DNA of 64,000 nt, from contig NIVC01000687.1 in NCBI GenBank assembly GCA_002269645.1, forward strand, positions 62,001-126,000. Direction: 5' to 3'. Source of the stretch: Macrostomum lignano (lineage: Eukaryota). The notes beneath the pieces are model-generated. The model was given only the letters and a program-made list of their open reading frames with translations, had not been told where the DNA came from and searched no databases. The position numbers and the translations under genes were made by a program. Positions 37,211-48,281 of this stretch are shown here, piece after piece; positions within the stretch are counted from its first letter, which is position 1, and each line of letters opens with the position of its first letter.

Positions 37211-37535
37211 TCAGACGTTGGCTTCCTCGCAGGCGTCAATCCATTCGCTGTAGACATCGATAGGCTCAGTCAGGTAGTTGATGCTAGTCTGGAAGTCTTC
37301 TAGGCAGACTCGACAGGACACGCTGCCCACTCTGGCCTGCTTGTTGCTGAGGAGTTTTGGGGGTGGGGGTAAAACCATCTTGCCAGCTCAATCACTATTA
37401 ATAAAATGATAAAACTCACAGTTTCACTTCGCAAGATTTCTCGTGATTGCAGAACGGGCAGTTGAACTGCACATCCAGCGGCACAATCACTTTTGCTTTG
37501 GGCGGCGGCTTGCGCGCCTTTCTGCGCCGGCCCAT
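37211..37535 (-). CDS. ELOF1: Transcription elongation factor 1 homolog (exons 37535-37420, 37346-37211); missed by the ORF track
   Basis: Manual splice gives [83 protein letters not shown]. The 73-nt intron is GTGAGT...CAG. Confidence 0.97.
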
Positions 37536-38049
37536 CACGGCTGGAATGGAGAGCATGTACTTTGTTTATAGGAGGTCCAACTGACACCAAGGACTACTAA
37601 AGTACATCTTGATCCTGCATGTACCCTCTCTGTGCCTTGGAGGTTGGGCCTCATGGCTGTGATCCGCATGGCAATCTACATAGTGGCGCGAGAGCTCGAT
37701 GCATTTACTAAATCCGGTAAAAGTACATTTTAAGGATGACGCCTACAACAAAAATGAAATAAGGATACTCGTAAAACACTTTATAGAAATTTGACTACAA
37801 TTTATTTTTTCCATTCTTTTTCAACAACACAAGCTACTACTGTAAAAGCGGCAGTCAAGTACAATGTTGTTGGCAATCAAGCAACAGCAAATGGAAGAAG
37901 ACTTCTTAAAGACCAAAAGGGTGTTGAAGATAAAATGCACAATTTGACTTTTGTGTTTATTGGGGATGCCATAGATAAAGGAACAGAAATTCGGTTTTAA
38001 TAAGTGTAGGGATTTACAAACCATGCTTTTAATTCAGTTTTATCTAATC

Positions 38050-38240
38050 GGCTGCCTGTCTGTCTGCATGTCTGTCGGTCTGTCTGCCTGTCTGTCTGTC
38101 TGCCAGTCAGTCAGTGTCTGCCTGTCAGTCAGTCAGTCAGTCAGTCAATCAGTCAGTCAGTCAGTCAGTCAATCAGTCAGTCAGTCAGTCAGTCAATCAG
38201 TCAGTCGTCTGTCTGTCAGTCTGTCTGGTCTGCATGTCTA

Positions 38241-38311
<71 letters not shown>

Positions 38312-38354
38312 GCCTGTCTGTCTGTCTGTCTGTCTGTCTGAGTGTCTGTCTGAG

Positions 38355-38423
<69 letters not shown>

Positions 38424-38432
38424 GCCTGTCTG
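38050..38432. repeat. (GTCT)n/(CAGT)n microsatellite between WDR18 and ELOF1
   Basis: Direct observation. Confidence 0.97.
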
Positions 38433-38527
38433 TGTATAATTTTGAGCGTGTGAAAGTTTATACCCCCGTATATCCATGGCAACAACTTAACACACACAAA
38501 CTCTATAATAGAGTTTCAGTTTCCCCA

Positions 38528-41500
38528 CTAATTTTTCCCCGAAATCAACTGCAGAGCCCGACGCTTCAAATCGTCCAGCCGTTTGGCTTCGGCTGCTGCC
38601 GCCGCTGCTGCAGCTGATTTGGACTTGACCGCATCGCCCTGAGCTTCAGGCTTTTCTTCATCAACCACAGACTCGCGCATCTCAGCCTCCTCTGCTACAT
38701 CATCTTGAATCTCTTCCGGCTGCTCCCGCACTGCCTCAGCTTCGGCATCTTCGACGGGCGGCATCGGCGGGAACCTCAGCAGCAGTTCAGAGTCGCCGAA
38801 GTCACCGCGGCCAAGCCTCAGTCGGGCTGTCCTGGCAGCTGACGATCGCTGCTGCTGCTGCTGAAGCAGGCTCCGCTTCAGCTGACCGTGCAGCATCAGA
38901 GGATGCCGCCGAGCTGGAGCACCAGCTGCTGCCAAGTTGGGAGTGGCAATAAGCATGCAGGCGATGGGGCAGGCGGAGTGCTTGAGGCTGAGCAGCTGCG
39001 CGAGGCCCGGGCAGGTCACGATCAGCACGCGGCCCCGGCTCGAGCCTACGGCCAGCCGATCGGACAAAGGCGAGATCACGACGGCGACAGCGTCGCCATC
39101 TTCAGCTGGCCAGAGCCGCTGGGTGGCCAGGCGGCTTTCGGTGCTGCAGGCATCGCCTTGGAGGCCCTGCTGGTGAGGCTGCAACTGCGACTGCTGCAGC
39201 AGAGGCCTCATCATGCAGACCCGGATGGCCAGGCCAGCTGAGCAGCCGAAGTAGGCGTGGGTCAGGGTGGCGTCGCCGCCGAGGGGTGGCTGCGGCAGCA
39301 GCAGCTGCAGCAGGCGGCTGCCAGTAGAGCAGCAGAACAGGCTTACCTGATGAAGGAGGTAGGCAAATGGCTTGGGGACTCAGGATGTCGATATAACCGT
39401 TCCTCTTGAGTCTGCTCTAAGAGACTCGGGTTTATGACCCTAAGGTCTAATATATGGAATCTGGGAGGCTGGCCCAGCAAACTGGGGATCTGGGAGGCTG
39501 GCCCAGCAACTGAGGATTTGGGAGGCTGTCCCAGCAACTGAGGATCTGGGAGGCAGTGACCCAGCAACTGAGGATCTGGGAGGCAGTGACCCAGCAACTG
39601 AGGATCTGAGGCTGGTGGCCCAGCAACTGAGGATCTGGGAGGCAGTGACCCAGCAACTGACGATCTGATCTGAGGCTGGTGGCCCAGCAACTGAGGATCT
39701 GGGAGGCTGGTGGCCGAGCAACTGAGGATCTGGGAGGCTGGTGGCCCAGCAACTGAGGATCTGGGAGGCAGTGACCCAGCAACTGAGGATCTGGGAGGCA
39801 GTGACCCAGCAACTGAGGATCTGGGAGGCAGTGACCCAGCAACTGAGGATCTGGGAGGCTGGCCCAGCAACTGAGGATCTGGGAGGCTGGCCAAGCAATG
39901 GCTCCAGTCAGGGATCTAACACTTGATGATAAACACCAAACTATGATCAACAAAGACCCACCGGAGCAACACCTTAAACAGAGCCTCAAAGCCCACAGCT
40001 CGCACCTGGCCATTAGCAGCCCAGGCGGCCAGCATGCAGTTATGCGGAGCCGCACCGATCGGCCGCACGCCGACAGCCGGGCACATGGCAGCCACCCAGC
40101 TGTGCAGCGGTCGCACAGCGGAGGCGCCGCCGCTCCCGGTCGCCAGCTGCAGCTGGGCGCTGGTCAACGCCAAGCCGGAGTCCCACAGGCAGACTAAACC
40201 GTCATCCCCTGATGAGGCCAGATAGTGGGGAGGCTGCGACCAGGCCAAACAGCGAATGCGGCGATGATGGGAGCCAGACAGCACTGACAGCAGGTCACCT
40301 GTGCTGGCGTGCCACACCTGAGGGAGGGGGAGGGGGAGCGGGTGAGATGTGCTCTTGATGAGTCTTCTTTTAGTCTTGAGATTTTGAGTAGGATTTGAGA
40401 GATTTTAGGTAGGATTTGGGAGATTTCAGGTAGGATTTGGGAGATTTAGGTAGGATTTGGGAGATTTTAGGTAGGATTTAGGAGATTTCAGGTAGGATTT
40501 GGAAGATTTTAGGTAGGATTTGGGAGATTTCAGGTAGTATTTGGGAGATTTTAGGTAGGACTTGAGATTTTAGGCAGGATTTAAGAACTTTTAGGCAGGT
40601 TTTGGGAGATTTTAGGAAAAATTTGGCGAGTTTATTATCAAGTTCAAAAAAGGTAAAACGGTAGGTCGCAGACTGTCAAGTTGAGGTTTTCAAGATATTT
40701 TTATCTACTACTAAAATGGAATTATATATGACGTTTACGAATGCTGGACAACAGAATATAAATAATTTTAATGACATAATTTGTACAGGTTTTTATTCGA
40801 GGTTGCAGTCTAGCGATCAGAGCGTCGGACTCCCAACTAGAAGGTCAGTGGTTCGATTCTCTCAACCCACTCAGAACAATTTGTGTCCTCTAGCAAGACG
40901 CTTCATTGCTTCAGTTTACCCAGCTGTAAAATGGGTTCCAGCATTAGCTGGGGTTACTGAGGGTTGTGTGGAGTCCCCCAATCCCCCCCCCCAGTCCTTG
41001 GACTAAACAGCAATACGCAGCCTTCAGGTGCGCCGTGGAATGGCTTCGGCTGAGCTGTCGGTTGCCCAATTGGGGCAGGTGTAATCAATTACGAGCGTAT
41101 TATTATTATAACGTAGCACTAATTAGATGACGAAGCACCTGAGTGTCTTAACACGTTGAGGTTACTCTAACCTTTTACCCGCAGCATCTGTGACTATGTC
41201 ATACTTTTACTTCAACATTTAAGACTGCTCAACCCTCCTAGCCTTACCAGAATCCGCTCGCCCAGAGCAGCAGCACAGATTTCGCCGCAATCAGTGAACG
41301 CCAAAGATGTGGCCTGACTGGGGAGAACGATTCGCCGGTGCTGCTGCTGTTGCTGCTGCTGTTGCTGCATCTGCCAGCAGCAGATCAGTGGTTTACCAGC
41401 AGCCGCAGAGAACACGGTGCCATAGTCTGCTGCACAGCACAAACTGCCAGGCACCGGTGGCTCAGTCTGACGGCACTGATTCAGTTGGGTGCCGCTTTGT

Positions 41501-41556
41501 AAATCATAGCAGCTGGTTTGGCTGCCCCCGGCGGGTCCCGAGTCGCTTACAATGAG
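38528..41556 (-). CDS. WDR18: WD40 protein WDR18/Ipi3-like (exons 41556-41248, 40317-40006, 39346-38528); no in-frame ATG in the first exon
   Basis: LIVSDS...[10 protein letters not shown]...[14 protein letters not shown]...IL|[27 protein letters not shown]...[13 protein letters not shown] follows the WDR18 layout recalled from the human protein. Coiled-coil-like C-terminus. Phase-0 GT-AG introns. Confidence 0.8.
39460..39895. repeat. 28-31-bp minisatellite (CCCAGCAACTGAGGATCTGGGAGGC...) in WDR18 intron 2
   Basis: Tandem periodicity. Confidence 0.93.
40385..40620. repeat. 20/21-bp minisatellite (GGTAGGATTTGGGAGATTTTA)n in WDR18 intron 1
   Basis: Tandem periodicity. Confidence 0.9.
40800..41105 (+). 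mobile_element. SINE family 1 copy in WDR18 intron 1
   Basis: tRNA-like head (GGTTCGATTC), CORE-like TTGTGTCCTCTAGCAAGAC...CAGCTGTAAAATGGG, and the shared tail. Confidence 0.75.
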
Positions 41557-41580
41557 CTGCAGCAGATCAAGTTTGAATCT

Positions 41581-44500
41581 TTTTTAAGGGACTATTATGG
41601 GAACTATGGCCTTAAACATTTTAGTTAACTATACTTAGCTAATAATACTTATATGGATACTTGATTTTATTTGATTTTAAAGTGCTTTGTAAATGGTGAG
41701 TGCAGGCTGCCTTAAAAGTTTGCTTCCACTTTAAATAGTATGTCTTTATGTAAATTAAGTATTCAACTAAATGTAATACCAAATTAATTCAGATTATGCA
41801 TGAGCAAAAACCAGCCAGAATTAAGTCTTGGAATGACATTATCTGACAATGTAAGCATTTTGAAGGGGTTGCATGAGAGAACACACACTGGTGTTCATAA
41901 TAAATGGTGTTTTTTTATATGCGAAATATATGATCTTTATTAAATAAAACATAGGTTTAATAGCTACAATAACTTCATTTGTTACTATCAGTTTTTGTCA
42001 ATCAATAGTTACTTAAGACTGAGCATTACCATCCATGATTATTGATTCATAACATAGTTAGGTCTCCAACATAACAATGTATAGGCTAAGATATAATAAA
42101 TAAATAATAGCTATGTACTACATAATAGCTTTTGTGATTTCTTGAAAAATTTACTAATAAAACATTGTATTGGTTTTCACTCTAGGGATTATGTTAAGGC
42201 TATCCTTCACTGCTAACTTATTAGAGCTAGGTTTTTGTAGTATATAGGTGCTATAGCATCCTAACTTTCATTTTGATACATTGGATTTTAAATACCTTGA
42301 CACCTATTAGAATTAGCAATTAGTGGGAACAAGAATAATATTAAATTTGAAAGAAAATCCTAAAGCCAAATTGAATGATTTTTGTTTGAATGAAAATATC
42401 AAATAATTTTTTTGAAATTTAAAATTTCTTTTATCTAAAATATAGAGCTATACTCTATAAAAGAGATATAGACCAGACATGCACAACCTTGGGAATCACT
42501 TGGCTGTTTCTATTGGAAACATATACATGTAAGTTGCTATTGGCTAAGAGCAGTCACGTGACTACTACTCTGTTCAATAGTGACTTACATGTGTGTGTTG
42601 GCAATAGAAATGGCCAGGTGAATCCCTAGATTGTGCCCAAGCATGATCTAGACCTTTATTGAAATAAGTGGAAAAAGATGTTCAACCATCTTGGAAAATC
42701 TTGGATCTTAAAAATTTTTGGAATTTTCTAGTGACATGTTGCAGCTAGAGTTGAAGCAGATGGTTTTGGGTAAATGGCAAGAGTAACTATGACTGTCTTA
42801 TAAAGGCTAAATGCATCATCATCTAATTAGTACTACACCTATATTTGGTGCAAAGGTTAACAGGTTTTGCTTTGCGTTGTATTTTTGAGCTACAATTTTA
42901 GACCCCATGTCATATATCTATAGGTTTTCTACACTTATTCCAATAGGGATCTAGACCACTCAATAACTTGGGAAACCTAAAACTTAAAAGTCTACTAGAG
43001 CTATTGTTTGATAAGTTTGATAAGTTTTAGGAGGGAGCTCCTAAGGGTAGAGCAATAGATTCTTTTAGAAATAAATAAATGTTGCTAGTTTTAAAGCTTT
43101 TGTGAGGGGAGCTTTAAAGTCACATAGGTTGTTGTTGTTGTTAAACAAGGTGGGTAGCCTAGGGGCTCCCACAGATCAGCCTAGGGAAGGGCTCTGCTGC
43201 TAGATCTGTGTGGCCATACTGCTAGGGGCATATAGCCCAAGAGGCCATTATTGGGACCAGGGCCTAAAGGCCTAGACATACCTAACTGGGGCTACTAGCT
43301 CAAACCTATAGACTAAGGCACTGCCAACACAAAGTGGAATCAGGGACAGTGCTAAGACCAAGTCCACTCAAGCCACCCCCAGCAGACAAATCCTGAAAGT
43401 GCACAAAAAAGATTAGAAAAGCTTTGGAATACTACTAAAAGTGGTCTAAGAGTGAGGAAACCCCAAAGTCTATAGAAAAGGCTTAATTTTGAAGTGAGTC
43501 TAGGCAGCCTATTTACCAAGGGCAAGTATCTTATCAACCCTATTGGAATAAATGTTGAAAACACATAGATATATACATGCTTTAGAAAAAGAGTCAAATT
43601 ATTTTACAGCACTTTATGATTATTAGAGATGTTCCAAAAGAGCATTTTTGTTGAAATCAAAATTGGCAAACTTTCCAAAATTGAAATTGAAATTTTTCAA
43701 AATCAATTTCAGAAAAACAAAGTTTAGTATGACCAACATTGACTGTTTTACTTTTGATTTACTGCTAATGCAAAAAGAAATATATGTATATGTAGCAGAA
43801 ATTAGTTTATTTTTGGCCACTTTTTAGACAATTCCAAAATCTTGACTTTTGAATTGTTTTAAATCAAAATTTGCTCCTAAAAATTCCTAATTTTGGAAAT
43901 TTCAAATTCAAATTTTGGAACATCTCTAAGCATTATAAATTACAAGTGTATAGGCTCCTTCTACAAAGGTATTAGACCTCCCATGTATATTTATTTGCTA
44001 GAGCAACAGCCAGCAAGAAAGGGCAGCATACATGTAGGTGCTTTATGCCTATGCTCGCGCTACACTTTAGAAAATTTTCAAAAGTGCACTGGACACTATC
44101 TACAGTTTTACAACTTTTTATAGGGCTTATCAAGAGGTAAAGATGCTATAGAAACCTTCCTATAAGGCTGCAAGCCTCAAGGCTTTTTCACTATACAGCT
44201 CTAAACAATTTTGGATATAAGGGCCAAGCCAATGGGTTAGGGAAGGGCACAAAGGGCAAGAGGAACCCAGACTCAGCCTAGGATTAGTTAGTTAGGGACT
44301 CAAGCAATAAGATTTTTGATGTCACATGTTGTTGTTAGGATAATAGGGGCTTCAATTATAGTAAGATTAATATTTTCACTTTCAATGCAAAGGGAGCTCT
44401 TAAGTCCATAGGATTGGGGCTTTAACAAAAGAGATTCTAATGCTATATAACCATTGTAGTTAAGATGAGATCATGAGAATTGCCTTAAAAAATTTCTTAT

Positions 44501-46250
44501 TTAGCTTTTTCTGTCAAGATTTACTTATGATGAATTTTGTTTAGAAGCAAAATGCCTGCCAAGTTTTCCTGCAATGCTTTTTTCTTGTAAAAGATTTAGC
44601 CAAATAACAAATATTGTCTGCATTGCCCCTCCTATGCTTAATTAGGGCCTAGTCTTCAAAAAAGGGATTTGTCCAATCACAACATATTAATAACAATAGC
44701 ATATCCAATGCATTTTTGTAAGTTTTCATTTCTATATATATCCAAAAGTATATTGGCAAGCTATTAATTAAAGTATATGTCATGTTACTTTGTCCCAAAA
44801 ATCTACTTATAAAGATTTAGCCCTATTTAGGCATTAGGAGGCAACATAAACAAAATCTGCTTCCTGGAAAAATGCACTATGGCAAGCATTGCAGGCAAAC
44901 CCTAGTGAGAAAAACTTGGCAAACAATTCATTTATAGGCAAATCTCAACTAGAAAAGCTTAGTGGGCAATTTGTCTGCAGGTAATTCTTATAGACCTAGT
45001 TGGGATAATGAGGGCTAAAGTTGAAATAAATAAAACAAACAAATAAACTACCTAGTGTTTGCCACTATAAAAGAATGCTAAATTATAAAAAATAGAAATC
45101 TTTTGTTGTTTCAATCTTCTTGGAACCAACTGATAAGCAAGCCATCACTCTCACAGATCTTGTTAAGATTTGGAAAATTTATTTCTTTAGTTGTTTAAAC
45201 ATTACAAGATTATATATAAAAGAAAGGGATAATATAAGAGTAGAGATAGATGTGAAAGGGAAGAGAAAAGAGGGAAAGAGGGGAAAAATAAGAGGAAATA
45301 GGAGAGATGAGAGATGAAGGGATAGAATAAGAAGAAGAAATAAAAAAGAAGGAAAAAGGAAAGTAAAAAAAGAAAAGGGGATCATGGAAAGAAAAGGGAA
45401 AAATTCCTATCATAGCCAATGGCCATTATCATAGATAGCAATATTATCTGGCATGGATTGGCCCTTGCAGTGGCAGGTGCAGTCTGATAGAAGAAAGGGC
45501 AATCTAGTATGATTTAGACCTTGGCTACAATAAGGATGAGAAGAGATAGGGAATGGGAGAAAAGCAAAAAAAGGAAAAAAAAGAAAAAGGAAAAGAAGAT
45601 ATAAAAAAAGAAAGAAAAAAATATAATTGTTAAAAAAGGCAACTGCAGATCAGAAAAGTAACAGTCAAAAAGGTAACTGTCATAATATATTAATTAGAAT
45701 TACAAGTTCACATGTATTAGACTTTAGTGTTAAAATGTATGAGTGGGCCTAGCAATATTAAATGTGTGATCTACTTTATGATTCTTAGCTGACTAGTTTA
45801 AAAGCTTAATGAATATCAATAGAGCTCAAAGGAAGGTAGAACATAGCAAAAGATGAACATTGAGTCTGGCATCTATCAAAAGCAATAATAATTAGAAACA
45901 AGATACTTGAATTCCAAGTAGAACTCTAAGGAAATTTCCAAGGTGATGCTTAAGTAGTCCTTAGTGCATTACAGTAATTGACATGTATGCAGAATATCAA
46001 TACAAGTCTATAAGTACATTTTAACTACTTTATAGGCCTATATTCTAACAAATATACATTTTTTAAAATATAATACTATATATATAAACTTTTATTTGTT
46101 GGCTATTGCCCTTTTGACTATTGCCCTTTTGATCTGTTGCCTTTTTGATTAGTTCCTAAGAAAAGCAATCAAAAGGTACTCAACATCAATTTAATAAACA
46201 TTGAATGCCATAGAAAAATGTAAGAGTCACTTTTCTTTTTGTCTATTATT
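41581..46250. other. CpG-depleted, TpA-rich domain of degraded repeats
   Basis: Manual scan found only 5 CG dinucleotides (41922, 42557, 42875, 44056, 44058) in about 4.7 kb. Confidence 0.9.
42481..42636. repeat. Imperfect palindrome (MITE-like remnant) centred on CACGTG
   Basis: Arms GCACAA...CATGTAAGT.. and ..ACTTACATG...TTGTGC are reverse complements with scattered mismatches. Confidence 0.85.
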
Positions 46251-48170
46251 TTACGTGTACTGCCTTAATAAAATACGACTATTTTTCTAAATCGCTAAAA
46301 ACATCTTTGTGACTGCATAAATAAATATTTTTATATTGTTAATAGTAACTCTTAATATTGTTTAGTAGCTCAAAGTATAACCTAGTGCTTTTATTAGTTT
46401 TAACGCATATGCCATTTTTGTTATATTTTGTATATAAGCGAAAGAATAAACTGAAAGAGGAGCATTCCTTCTTTGGCTGCCTGGCTTGACTTGCCTGGTC
46501 TTGCCTTTGACCTCCTCCAGCCTATCTATAATTGAGGCTTTGTAACTGAACATTGTTCTATAAATAGATCAGAATTGGTCTTAGTCATTTACGGGCGTTC
46601 CGCTTTCCCTCTCACGTGGAGCCTTGAGTGCCTAGCAATTCTCTCCCCCGTTCTCCCCAGGATAAACAGTCCCGCCCGAGCAATCGCTCAACCCCCCTCT
46701 TCCCCCCAGCAGAACAGGCATTTCGCTTCCATTCCCCTCCCCTTTTGTAGACAGTCTGTCTGCACAGGTGTATAGCCTTTTTCCCCTAGACTTACTGTCT
46801 GATCCTTGCCTATCTTCCATATCTATTAGGCATATTGCCTTCTTACCAAAAGCGATATTAGATGCTCTGCCTACTCATGCTAGCATACCCTATTAGTTAT
46901 TAGAAATTCCTTATTAGTGCGCCAGTCTACTAGGCAACTCTGATCTATCGCGAAGCCTTTACTCTCCCTCCCACTAAATACTTGGACTGAATAGAGATAT
47001 AGTGTCTTGCCGCTCGGACACTTCACGCCACTAGGAGCAACCTACGGCTTACTCCTGTCAGTAGTAGAATTTGCATCTTTCTTTATTCCCCAATTACGTC
47101 CCTTGTGATAATTTGATAGAATAGAAGTCAGTAACCTCACCCTACAACAGATTTTAGTGACATCAGTAAGATTCAAATAGATTACCCAGGAGCCCTGCAA
47201 CATATATTTTGTATTGTTTATTACTATATAACATTATCAATAGCAATAAGAGGTCTCAACTTTCTATTTATGATATTCTTACTAAGTTATTAGCTAATAA
47301 TATATTATATAAAACAAAAGCAAAAATTTATTCAATTACAAATATTACTAGGGAATTCTTGAACTTTAGGTATATAAAATAGGAATGAATCCTATCAAAA
47401 AAGGTTGCTTGTATCATGCGCCTAAACTATTCCTATCAAATAAGTTTATTTGTACTGTGTACTGCAACTTTAAAAAAAACAAAAACCAATAATTTTCCAT
47501 TCGAAAAATATCAATAAAACTTGTATTTGAACCTGTTTCATAGAAAATGCTTTTTTTCTTGCACCAAATTGAGCCAATTTTTTGTCCTGCACCGTACTGC
47601 ACTGGATTTATCTTGCCTACTTTTGCATCGGAATGCACCAGCACAGCACACATCCAACCTCCTTTTATGCTGGAATTTTCTATGAAAAAGGTCATCTTCT
47701 TAAACATGGAGAATAAATAGCAATAGGCCTATAATTATAAATGGGACTCAAGTCAAATGATAAATATTAAAAAGGTAAGTCCTAGGTTAAAAATATATAA
47801 ATTTTCTTAAAGACTTAATTTATAATTAAGGACTTTATTGATACTTTTTGGCACCTAGTAGATTAGTTTTCAATTGGGCATTAGGCCTATTAGGGTTTTA
47901 GACCTAAAAATAAATGCCATATGGCCTTGTGATTTTAGCAAAAATCTTTAATATATAGGCCCCTAAGCCTAGTTAGTTCTTTTTAAAGCGTGAAAAAAAT
48001 TATATATTTCAAAATTTGCATTATTATCAAAATTTAATACTTCCATGGCATAGGCCCTATACCTGCCTGTAACTTGTACATTATTAAATTGCTAAAAAGT
48101 CTCTAATTAATTATTATTGAGCTTAATTGGCATATTTTGGTGTCATATTGAATTGAACAGCACTAAAATA

Positions 48171-48281
48171 GGCGATTTCTTAGTTTCCCGCGTTTAATTA
48201 TAACCCCCACCCCCCACCACCCTTGAATAGAGGGCGAAATAATTCCGTAAAATAATTAAACGCGGGAATCTTCAGGATCGC
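48171..48281. repeat. Inverted repeat of about 31 bp (perfect 17-bp core TTCCCGCGTTTAATTAT)
   Basis: 48184-48201 is the reverse complement of 48252-48268. Confidence 0.8.
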
